From IMG/VR virus record IMGVR_UViG_3300046167_000225, positions 1 through 34,169 of that record: 34,169 bases of DNA; one strand, given 5' to 3'. Origin of the DNA: a virus. Taxonomy: Duplodnaviria > Caudoviricetes. A program made the position numbers and the translations under genes. Shown in pieces: positions 1 through 7,060 of the stretch (position 1 is its first letter; every line of letters begins with the position of its first letter). The notes below the pieces were generated by a model. The model was not told the origin of the DNA, did not search any database, and saw nothing but the letters and a program-made list of their open reading frames with translations.

Positions 1-509
1 ATTTTGAAGCCGTTCTGTCGTTGCAGCTCTAGCTCCGCTGTAACGCGATGCTCAAGGTCTATAACGTCTTGGCTGAAGCGTTCTTTAGCCAACGCAGCTA
101 GCAGCTTCTTATAAACCTTCGTTGTCAGTTCTACGTCACGCTTGCAGTAAGTAATCATTTCCTCACACAAGCCGCCGTCGTAGTCTGTAAAGTCGTCCTT
201 GGGATACTTCAGCCTTTCACCCCAAGAGCGCAAGCTGTGTCCTCCTGCCTGTGCAGGGTTGTAGAGGCGAGAAAGAACCATAGCGTCAACGTGCTTCTTG
301 CCTGTGAAGTCCATACTCCACAGCCTCTCCATCACTGGCACGTCAAAGCCTAGTCCGTTGTACGTCACTATGCCGTCGTGTTCGTCCACAAGAGCCTGCA
401 GCGTCTTCGCTTCAGTGTGTACAGTGACTTCGCCTGTATCGACATCCTCGGCACAGGCGCACCATATCACTGTTTGCTTCATATCTGTTTCAATGTCGAT
501 TGTTAGCAT
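1..509 (-). CDS. DNA polymerase family A, N-terminal part (3'-5' exonuclease domain); continues across the window junction into 34169
   Basis: Not in ORF track. Hand translation from ATG at 509: MLTIDIETD..TYNGLGFDVPV..HSLRSWG..YCKRDVELT..QNGFK, showing ExoI (DIE), ExoII (NxxxFD) and ExoIII (YxxxD) motifs. No stop before base 1. Confidence 0.93.
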   Translation of the reverse strand, partial: MLTIDIETDMKQTVIWCACAEDVDTGEVTVHTEAKTLQALVDEHDGIVTYNGLGFDVPVMERLWSMDFTGKKHVDAMVLSRLYNPAQAGGHSLRSWGERLKYPKDDFTDYDGGLCEEMITYCKRDVELTTKVYKKLLAALAKERFSQDVIDLEHRVTAELELQRQNGFK

Positions 510-511
510 TA

Positions 512-706
512 CTAATCCGTATCAAAGTCTAAAATGTCTAAGCCTAAGTCGTGTACAGTTTTTAGGTCTAAGCGTTCTTGCAGCGCTAAGTCGCCTGTAC
601 CGCCCTGAATACACTCCACACACTCGTTGACGTAAGCGCCTGTAGTGGCGTCCTTCAACGTGGCTTCGTAGTCCGTCAGTATTGCATCACACGCTAAGCA
701 TTTCAT
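512..706 (-). CDS. small CxxC...CxxC putative zinc-binding protein
   Basis: 64 aa with CLAC and CVEC; ATGA overlap with the upstream gene and stop 2 nt before the Pol ATG. Confidence 0.75.
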   Translation of the reverse strand: MKCLACDAILTDYEATLKDATTGAYVNECVECIQGGTGDLALQERLDLKTVHDLGLDILDFDTD

Positions 707-921
707 GCCTCTACCTCCTCAGAAGAAGACCACACTATTTTTCCTGCCTCGTCCACGCGCTGATAAACAACAAAGGAAGTTTTTTCTAGTTCAATTAAGT
801 AATCAAGCCTTTTCATTAGTTTGTTATGTAAACGTCCATTTCCTTGTGTGTGTTGGTATTCGTGCCTAAGCTCCTTGCAAGTATGTTCTAAAGCTCTTTG
901 TATTCTATCTTGGTAATTCAT
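703..921 (-). CDS. hypothetical protein
   Basis: 72 aa; ATGA overlaps on both sides within the replication operon. Confidence 0.65.
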   Translation of the reverse strand: MNYQDRIQRALEHTCKELRHEYQHTQGNGRLHNKLMKRLDYLIELEKTSFVVYQRVDEAGKIVWSSSEEVEA

Positions 922-2552
922 AACAGTTCCTCCAATGTACTCTCAACCATCCTACCAGTAGTGCTGTCAAAGTAAAGGTCTGCACAGCGTCCAGTCTCGC
1001 CGCTGAAGCGGTTCTTCAGTACACGCACAGCCGTTGTGTTACGCACGACAATGTCGTCAGCCTGTCCGTCACGCTCAAGCCCTAGCACAATGTCGCTCAG
1101 CTGTGCTATTGATGCACTGCCGCGAAGCTGTGACAGAGACGTTGCAGCGCCTTCCTCGTGTCCTTTGTTGTCCGGCCTGCGTAGATGACTAACAACAAAC
1201 AAGGCAATGCCTGTCTCCTGCACAAGCATCCGCAGCTTGGTCATTATCTCGTCTAACGCCTTACGCTCATCAAGATTAGACTGCGCCGACACAACAATAG
1301 AGACGTGGTCTAGAAAGACATAGCGACAGTCTAGCGCCTTAGCCATGTAACGCACACGCCCGACAATGTTGTCAACGTCTGTGCTGCCGAAGTGGTCAAG
1401 CAAGTAAAGCCGTTCGTCAGCTAACGTCGCGTCAAAGGCTTCTTTGCGTTCCTCTTCAGTGCTTACAGTCGTGGGCAGGTGCAGCTGCTTATTCGCCGCC
1501 AGTGACATGATCGACAAGGCTGTCTTGCGTATGCTCTCCTCAAGAAACAACAAGCCGATGTTGTAGGCTGTCTGCTGCAGCGTTGACCACACCACCTCAC
1601 GCAAGAACTGAGACTTACCCAGTCCGCTGCCTGCAGTGACAGTGACAAGCTCTGCAGGGCGTATACCGTAGGTCAAGGCGTTAATACCCTTAAACGGATA
1701 CACCACCTCTGCAGTCTCCATTGGTGTGTTGACTTCGTCCCACAGAGACGCAGCGTTGACAATGCCGTCAGGGACGTACTTCTCAGCCTTCCAGAAAGCA
1801 GCGTTAAACAGAGCAATCTTGCTGTCAGCTAGGTAGTCGCAGGCATCTTTGTAGCCGTCAAGGTGCTTAACGATCTTGGCCTTGCCGCCAAACAGCTGTC
1901 CCACTTCGTCAGCCGCCTTTGTGCCTTGCTCGTCAGCGTCAAAGCAAATGACAATGGTGTCGAAGCTGTCTAGCCATTCGTAAGAGGCTTTGCAGTCCTT
2001 CAGAGCGCTGCTTGCGCCGTTCTTGATGCTTACGACAGGGTACTTGCTGCCCATCATCTGATAAGCCGCTAGAGCGTCATATTCGCCCTCTGTCAACGTG
2101 ACGTATCTGCCGCCCTTGGGAAACAACTGCTGACCGAACAGACCGCCCTTGCTCCAATCGCCGCTAGTTTGGAAACGCTTATCAGGGTAGCGCACCTTTG
2201 CCGCCACTGGTGAATTAGGCTCTGTAGGCTCAAAGTAGGGGTATATAACCTGCCCAGACTTCAGCACCACGCCATAGCTCTTCATCGTGGCCGCGCTCAG
2301 ACCTCTCTCAGGGACGCCAGAGAACGTCTCAGTCGCTAGAGCTGCCAAGGTAGCCTCAAAGCCTTCAAAGCCCGTCAGCGGCTTCTGTGGGACTCTCACG
2401 GCTACTCCTGCGGCTACTTCGTCTGCTACGTCGTAAGCAAAGGTGAATTTTCTACACGAATAGCAGAAAGTCGAGTCGTCTGCGTTGATTGCTAACGCAT
2501 CAGAGCTGCCGCAGTCAGGGCAGGGCAGATGCGTCTGTTTATAATCAGGCAT
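918..2552 (-). CDS. T7 gp4-like primase-helicase
   Basis: N-terminal Zn finger CPDC..CYSC, TOPRIM EGEYD and FDAD, Walker A AGSGLGKS, DnaB-type motifs FLDH, LRGSASIAQLSD and LKNRFSGETG. Confidence 0.96.
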   Translation of the reverse strand: MPDYKQTHLPCPDCGSSDALAINADDSTFCYSCRKFTFAYDVADEVAAGVAVRVPQKPLTGFEGFEATLAALATETFSGVPERGLSAATMKSYGVVLKSGQVIYPYFEPTEPNSPVAAKVRYPDKRFQTSGDWSKGGLFGQQLFPKGGRYVTLTEGEYDALAAYQMMGSKYPVVSIKNGASSALKDCKASYEWLDSFDTIVICFDADEQGTKAADEVGQLFGGKAKIVKHLDGYKDACDYLADSKIALFNAAFWKAEKYVPDGIVNAASLWDEVNTPMETAEVVYPFKGINALTYGIRPAELVTVTAGSGLGKSQFLREVVWSTLQQTAYNIGLLFLEESIRKTALSIMSLAANKQLHLPTTVSTEEERKEAFDATLADERLYLLDHFGSTDVDNIVGRVRYMAKALDCRYVFLDHVSIVVSAQSNLDERKALDEIMTKLRMLVQETGIALFVVSHLRRPDNKGHEEGAATSLSQLRGSASIAQLSDIVLGLERDGQADDIVVRNTTAVRVLKNRFSGETGRCADLYFDSTTGRMVESTLEELL

Positions 2553-2749
2553 AGAAGTCGTCCTCGTCGTGGTAGCGAGACTCTAGCAGCTGAATGACAA
2601 CTGAAGGGCAAGAGCAGCTCAAAGCCGCCGATGTCAAACTTGATCTGCTCGCCGCTCTCTGTCATTCCTAAAGCTGTCTGTGTCTCTACCATGCCAAAGT
2701 AGAAGCCAAAGCCGTTATTAAAGGCGATTGCCCAGTTCCATTCTGTCAT
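2545..2749 (-). CDS. hypothetical protein (apparent +1 insertion near 2602)
   Basis: Strong RBS TAAGGAG. Removing one base near 2602-2603 gives ..LLLPFVVIQLLESRYHDEDDFYA* ending over the primase ATG, instead of a 60-nt overlap. Confidence 0.6.
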
Positions 2750-2792
2750 TTGTCTTGCTCCTTATAGTTTCACTTATGCGCTTTAAAGCACG

Positions 2793-2981
2793 TTATAGTT
2801 TCACTTTTCGCGCGTTTGTGATGTTCTGAAGCGCTGAATAGGCGCGTTCAGCGTTTGGGATTTGGTGCAGCCCTGCTGCCCACAGGCAGTGTAGCCAATA
2901 AAAGTCTCTAAGGCAATCATCGCAAATAATCCCTCTAGTCTTAACGTCGCCTAAGCAACTCTCACAACGTAATACGCTCAT
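2793..2981 (-). CDS. small Cys-rich protein (CESC/CDDC)
   Basis: 62 aa, two CxxC pairs, ATGA overlap with the upstream gene. Confidence 0.55.
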   Translation of the reverse strand: MSVLRCESCLGDVKTRGIICDDCLRDFYWLHCLWAAGLHQIPNAERAYSALQNITNARKVKL

Positions 2982-3427
2982 TTCTGCGCCTCCTTTGGCG
3001 GTGTCCAGTGTTTAACGATGAAGGCGTTTAAGGCTTCGCCATTGGCAACGTGCCATTGTTTGTGATGGCTTTGACACAGCCAACGCACTTCCAAAGGCTT
3101 GGCGTAGTCGTCGTGATGCGCGACTGCTTTCTCATCTCCGCAGACTTCGCAGGGCTTTCTTGTTAGTTTTCCTTTTTTTATCGCATCAAAAACCTTCGCG
3201 TGAGCGTTGTTAGCTTTCGCGCGTTTCAGTTTGCGCGCTCTATACTCTTTGTTTGTTGCATAATACTCAACATTTCTAGCTTTCTCGCAGCTCCTGCATT
3301 TATTCGATCTGTAGTGCCTTCGTTTTCCTCTGCTGACGTCTCTGTTAAAGTCTTCTACAGGTTTTGTCTCTTTGCACGTAATGCAGAACAAAAGCTCTGT
3401 CTTCTCTAGCATCTCAAGTTGTTGCAT
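2978..3427 (-). CDS. HNH-like zinc-binding endonuclease
   Basis: CITC, CRSC and CEVC followed by HHDDYAKPLEVRWLCQSHH, a phage HNH-like pattern; RBS GAGG. Confidence 0.7.
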   Translation of the reverse strand: MQQLEMLEKTELLFCITCKETKPVEDFNRDVSRGKRRHYRSNKCRSCEKARNVEYYATNKEYRARKLKRAKANNAHAKVFDAIKKGKLTRKPCEVCGDEKAVAHHDDYAKPLEVRWLCQSHHKQWHVANGEALNAFIVKHWTPPKEAQK

Positions 3428-3447
3428 CTTGTCACCTCTTCATCTAT

Positions 3448-3684
3448 TCAGTCTGTTAAATCCGTGCTATTCTCCTGATGTCTCCCCCGCCGCTGCAGTC
3501 CCTGTGTAGCGCCTAGGTGCTTTACTACCCAGTTGAGACGATGCAGCAGGTCATCTACTCTAGCGCTCTGTTGTCGTAGCTCATGCAGCTCTAGCGGTAG
3601 GTGGTCTATGTCATACATCACACGACACACGCACGCGCTCTCTTTAACCTTCAGAGTTATGCAGCCGTTACAGTAGAGACCCAT
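3448..3684 (-). CDS. hypothetical Cys-containing protein
   Basis: 78 aa, TAATG coupling to the upstream gene, CNGC/CVC. Confidence 0.55.
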   Translation of the reverse strand: MGLYCNGCITLKVKESACVCRVMYDIDHLPLELHELRQQSARVDDLLHRLNWVVKHLGATQGLQRRGRHQENSTDLTD

Positions 3685-3998
3685 TAGCCCACCTCGTCAA
3701 TGTAGCGTTCCCAGTCATCTACGATCTGATCGTGACAACACTTGAAACCATACTCTAAAGCCATGTTGGCAACAAGCCTGCCTAGCTCTGCGTGCTTGTT
3801 GTCCACTAGAGCCGCTGCTATGGCGTCCTCTAGCTTCTTAGCCTGCTCTGCGTCAGTTGGCAACGCATCAGGGCCTAAAGCCTCCCACAGCAGCGCTCTG
3901 TCGTGGTAGAGCCTGTGCCGTGCTTCGTCTAACGTTGCTTGGTCTAGCACGTCTAGGTCGTGGTCTTCTAAGTAAGTAAGTCCGTCTTCTTTGTACAT
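3684..3998 (-). CDS. acidic hypothetical early protein
   Basis: 104 aa, D/E-rich, RBS AGGTG. Confidence 0.7.
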   Translation of the reverse strand: MYKEDGLTYLEDHDLDVLDQATLDEARHRLYHDRALLWEALGPDALPTDAEQAKKLEDAIAAALVDNKHAELGRLVANMALEYGFKCCHDQIVDDWERYIDEVG

Positions 3999-4022
3999 AG
4001 TCAGTCACCTGTATTAGTTAAG

Positions 4023-4112
4023 TTAAGCAACAATCAAAGGCCAAGCAAACAGCAGCGCCAAAGCCAAGCCCGTTGCTGTAATATATAGAATTTCTTTAAC
4101 AATGTAAAACAT
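4023..4112 (-). CDS. 29-aa single-TM peptide
   Basis: Not in track. MFYIVKEILYITATGLALALLFAWPLIVA*, with AGGAG upstream; fills the gap between genes. Confidence 0.55.
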   Translation of the reverse strand: MFYIVKEILYITATGLALALLFAWPLIVA

Positions 4113-4124
4113 AGTGCAGTGCTC

Positions 4125-4328
4125 CTATAGTAAGTGTTTGAGCTGCACAGCAGCCTCATGCGTTGGTGTGACAATCTCTAGCACGTCTCGCAGGCTCTTA
4201 GCTTCATCAGCTCCGCAGACGCCATAGCGATTGTTTGTGTAGATTATGGCGTGCCTTGTGGCGTATGTCTCAGCACACCACACAGCCTCCTCAAGCGCGT
4301 GCTCTATACTGTCAAACTCAATGACCAT
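4125..4328 (-). CDS. hypothetical early protein
   Basis: Track ORF 4125..4337; AAGGAG spacing favours the second ATG (MVIEFDS..). Confidence 0.65.
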   Translation of the reverse strand: MVIEFDSIEHALEEAVWCAETYATRHAIIYTNNRYGVCGADEAKSLRDVLEIVTPTHEAAVQLKHLL

Positions 4329-4482
4329 ATTTAACATTCTCCTTTGCTATCTTAATCAATTGCTCGCCATAGCTGCCTAACTCAGCAGCTAGGCTGTCAA
4401 TGTCGATCTTGTCTTTCTTCGTTGGCTCTTTGATCTTCAGCAGCCTGGACAGCTGCCTAGCCTTCGCAGCGTTGAAGCTCAT
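4318..4482 (-). CDS. 54-aa hypothetical protein
   Basis: Not in track. MSFNAAKARQLSRLLKIKEPTKKDKIDIDSLAAELGSYGEQLIKIAKENVKYGH*; ATGA overlap and AGGAG RBS. Confidence 0.6.
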   Translation of the reverse strand: MSFNAAKARQLSRLLKIKEPTKKDKIDIDSLAAELGSYGEQLIKIAKENVKYGH

Positions 4483-4664
4483 AACACGTGCTCCTGCGCC
4501 TTAATCTCAAACGTAAAGCCTAACTCCCTAGCCTTGGCTAGCTGCTCCTTTGTAAAGGTTTTAGAGCCTAGCAGTGCAGCCAGTGAATAGGCTACGTCGT
4601 TTGCAGGATAGACTCGGTCTTGTCCGTAGATTGTCTTAATTGTAACTAATGCGTGTGTATTCAT
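4479..4664 (-). CDS. hypothetical early protein
   Basis: Likely start MNTHALV.. at 4664 after AAAGGAGCAACAACA; 61 aa. Confidence 0.75.
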   Translation of the reverse strand: MNTHALVTIKTIYGQDRVYPANDVAYSLAALLGSKTFTKEQLAKARELGFTFEIKAQEHVL

Positions 4665-4687
4665 TGTTGTTGCTCCTTTGTTGGGTA

Positions 4688-4831
4688 TTATTCTAAACCT
4701 TCTCTTGCTATTCCTAGCAGCTTTACTAAATTCTCTGCAATTCCGTAACAATCAACAGCAAGCATCTCAGGAATTAGCTCTTTTTCGACGTAGTCTAGGT
4801 ATTCTTTGTCGGTCATTCGTTGGTCTGACAT
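4688..4831 (-). CDS. 47-aa hypothetical protein
   Basis: Not in track. MSDQRMTDKEYLDYVEKELIPEMLAVDCYGIAENLVKLLGIAREGLE*; RBS GAGGAG. Confidence 0.6.
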   Translation of the reverse strand: MSDQRMTDKEYLDYVEKELIPEMLAVDCYGIAENLVKLLGIAREGLE

Positions 4832-4846
4832 TGTTGTAACTCCTCT

Positions 4847-5050
4847 TTAGTTATAACCCAATGCCGCCATGCCTAGCAAGAATGCGACTAGCATCAGTGC
4901 TGCGCCGCTCGCCATAATCTCCACAGCCTCGCGCTCTCTGTAATGGCTGCGGCGTCGCCTGTTCTTCAGTGACAGCAGTAGGCCGCTAACGAATGCTGTG
5001 TGGCCAATGAGCGCTATTGCGCCTGCTGTGATTAATAAGACTGTGTTCAT
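4847..5050 (-). CDS. small two-TM membrane protein
   Basis: Two hydrophobic segments separated by a basic loop (KNRRRRSHYRER); RBS TAAGGAG. Confidence 0.7.
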   Translation of the reverse strand: MNTVLLITAGAIALIGHTAFVSGLLLSLKNRRRRSHYREREAVEIMASGAALMLVAFLLGMAALGYN

Positions 5051-5062
5051 TTGTCTTGCTCC

Positions 5063-5383
5063 TTAGTCGTTTTCTAGTTCTGCGTATGCTTCGTGACAAG
5101 CGCCTAGCAGCGTTGCATAAGCCAACTGCGTTGCGTGGTTTGCGAACGAGTCAAACTTCTCATAGCCGATGTCGTCTAGGTAATCCTCGCCCTCGTTAGT
5201 GTCACACTCAGCACAGAGGATGATTGCTTTATAGGTGTGGATGACCCACTCGTGACCGTCGCACATCTGGTTTAGCATCTCACCTGCGTCTGTGCCGTAT
5301 TCTTTCTGCTCAAGCATTGCCGCAGCTGCTATCTCTTTCGCTTCTTGTCGTAGGATGTAGTCGTTGATTCTAAAGTCAGTCAT
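5063..5383 (-). CDS. acidic early protein, possible Ocr-like DNA mimic
   Basis: 106 aa with roughly 23 D/E against 6 K/R; strong RBS; early position. The function is an inference. Confidence 0.7.
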   Translation of the reverse strand: MTDFRINDYILRQEAKEIAAAAMLEQKEYGTDAGEMLNQMCDGHEWVIHTYKAIILCAECDTNEGEDYLDDIGYEKFDSFANHATQLAYATLLGACHEAYAELEND

Positions 5384-5407
5384 GGTTGTTGCTCCTTAGT
5401 TAGTGTT

Positions 5408-5425
5408 GCGCCTCTTGCGAGGCGC
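5408..5425 (-). other. intergenic GNRA-tetraloop hairpin
   Basis: Minus strand GCGCCTC-GCAA-GAGGCGC, perfect 7-bp stem with no U tract. Confidence 0.6.
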
Positions 5426-5434
5426 TGTAGTTGT

Positions 5435-5737
5435 TTAAGCGTTAACTATATCAAATATTGCATTACATTCTTTGTTGTCGTAGCAGTCGCTAATTAGCTC
5501 GCTACCGTCTGACTCGTTGCCAAAGATCAAGTAGAACCAAATACCCTCAGCAACTAGCTCGTCTTCGCCCGATGCTGCTAGCTCAGCCAGTATCGCTTCG
5601 ATGTCTGTGCTGTCTTCTATCTCAGCCTCTTCGCCGCCATTCCAGACGCTAATAGCGTGTCCGCGATTAACAAGCTCTGTGACTAGCTTACGTGCTACCA
5701 GTGCCTCGCCGTGTGTTGCGTATTTTTCTAAGCTCAT
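5435..5737 (-). CDS. acidic hypothetical early protein
   Basis: 100 aa, very E/D-rich, RBS TAAGGAG. Confidence 0.75.
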   Translation of the reverse strand: MSLEKYATHGEALVARKLVTELVNRGHAISVWNGGEEAEIEDSTDIEAILAELAASGEDELVAEGIWFYLIFGNESDGSELISDCYDNKECNAIFDIVNA

Positions 5738-5748
5738 GGTGTTGCTCC

Positions 5749-5940
5749 TTAGTAGTCAAAGTCTATGTAGACAATTGTAGTGCCTTTTAGGTATACAGCG
5801 CGGCTGATGTCAAGCCAGTCGTTCAGTGCGTAGCGCTTATCGCTGCGGTCATAGTCGCCGCGTGTAAACACTGTTTGAGCGTCTGGCTTGCGTTTAACGA
5901 ACTCGCCGCGGGGTACGTCTTTCAACATAATTGATTGCAT
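5749..5940 (-). CDS. first early gene, hypothetical
   Basis: 63 aa, RBS GAGGT; first ORF downstream of the sigma54-site cluster. Confidence 0.75.
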   Translation of the reverse strand: MQSIMLKDVPRGEFVKRKPDAQTVFTRGDYDRSDKRYALNDWLDISRAVYLKGTTIVYIDFDY

Positions 5941-6190
5941 AATTTATTACCTCTATAAGTGAATGTAGAGTTCATTGGAGCACGCGCCACAATGTCTAGT
6001 CAAACTATTTATCAACTAATTTACCTATTGTATTACTTCCTTATATAGACGTTCCTTTGCAGCTCTAATTGTGGCCTTTGATCGATTTTCTCGCTGACGC
6101 CACGATCGCACCCTACTCAACCCACTTGTTTAGCCTATGTCTAGCGTTGCTTAGACAGCCTCTATGGAGCTGCTAGGACTATCTGTACAG

Positions 6191-6207
6191 TTGGCACAGA
6201 CCTTGCT
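6191..6207 (+). promoter_or_regulatory. sigma54 (-24/-12) site 1
   Basis: TTGGCACAGACCTTGCT matches TGGCAC-N5-TTGCW with exact GG-N10-GC spacing. Confidence 0.8.
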
Positions 6208-6223
6208 TGTCACTTGTTAGCCT

Positions 6224-6483
6224 ATGCAACTAACATGCCAACTCAACTTTCGTGTGTATAGGGACTATATCGCTATGCAACTATCGTGCCACTGTCTGGT
6301 TTGCCTTGGTTGCCTGTATAGGCTGCAACACAGACACACACACTTGTCAAGTCTACAGAGCCTATGCAACATCTATGCCAACTCTGCAGCCTCTATAGAT
6401 ACTAAAGTAATAGCTTTACTATGTAGCTATGCAACTATCGTGCCAACTCTGCAGGCTCTGTAGCTATGCAACTATCGTGCCAA
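6224..6483 (-). promoter_or_regulatory. array of five sigma54 (-24/-12) sites facing the early genes
   Basis: Minus strand: 6224-6241 TTGGCATGTTAGTTGCAT; 6275-6292 GTGGCACGATAGTTGCAT; 6364-6381 TTGGCATAGATGTTGCAT; 6429-6446 and 6466-6483 TTGGCACGATAGTTGCAT. All are GG-N10-GC. Confidence 0.85.
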
Positions 6484-6792
6484 CTATGTCAATGCACCAA
6501 CAAAGGGCGGGGTAGCAATTTAGGGCGGGGGTGCTGTGGTGGCTGTGGAGAATTATAGTGGTAGGCTACCAAGCACAAAATAGTGCAATTTAGCAACTTA
6601 AATTTAACAAAAAAGGTCAATTTAGCAACATAGTCTATGCAATGCTAAGTAGTTGTATTAATTGAGGAAACAATTGCGTCTGCGGAGACTCTTTATTCGC
6701 CATAAATCCGCACAGTGTCACTAGTGACGCACCATAGGCAACGTTACTAACAACAGCCTATATAGCCTAACAAGAAATAGTTGAGAAAAGAC

Positions 6793-6821
6793 TTGACTTT
6801 TGAGCTAAAATGTGGTATAAA
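6793..6821 (+). promoter_or_regulatory. sigma70-type promoter for the packaging/structural arm
   Basis: TTGACT-17 bp-TATAAA with an extended -10 TGn. Confidence 0.8.
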
Positions 6822-6928
6822 TGCTACCCAGTTCATAGCATCTATAGAGAAACTATAATGCCCACGTCCGTAGGACGTTATCAGCGACTCTATACGCTCT
6901 CTAATTTGTTCCTAAAGAGGATAAAACA

Positions 6929-7060
6929 ATGATTACAACAATAGCTTTTGTTATAGCATTTGTTATTATCTCTTATTGTTGTTATTTAGTCGAAAGCACC
7001 TTTAGCGACTTACAACACGTGTTAAGCGTTATAGAGGTTGATAACAACAATGAGCAATAA
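6929..7060 (+). CDS. 43-aa N-terminal TM peptide
   Basis: Not in track. MITTIAFVIAFVIISYCCYLVESTFSDLQHVLSVIEVDNNNEQ*; RBS GAGGA; first ORF after the promoter. Confidence 0.5.
   Translation: MITTIAFVIAFVIISYCCYLVESTFSDLQHVLSVIEVDNNNEQ

Noticed and set aside
5974-6003. Minus-strand sigma70 early promoter TTGACT-18-TCCAAT
   Set aside because: The -10 box lacks the conserved A and spacing is 18 bp; too weak to call, though it should be tested as an alternative early promoter.
6010-6022. IHF-like site TATCAACTAATTT
   Set aside because: One mismatch to WATCAANNNNTTR in an AT-rich stretch, and it lies downstream of the sigma54 sites rather than between enhancer and promoter.
6224-6463. 79-aa plus-strand ORF in the track
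   Set aside because: No RBS; it simply translates the regulatory repeats (MQL recurs).
6224-6483. CRISPR array or mini-array
   Set aside because: Units are only about 18 bp, spacing is irregular (37-89 bp), one copy is inverted and no cas genes are present. The conserved positions match sigma54 boxes.
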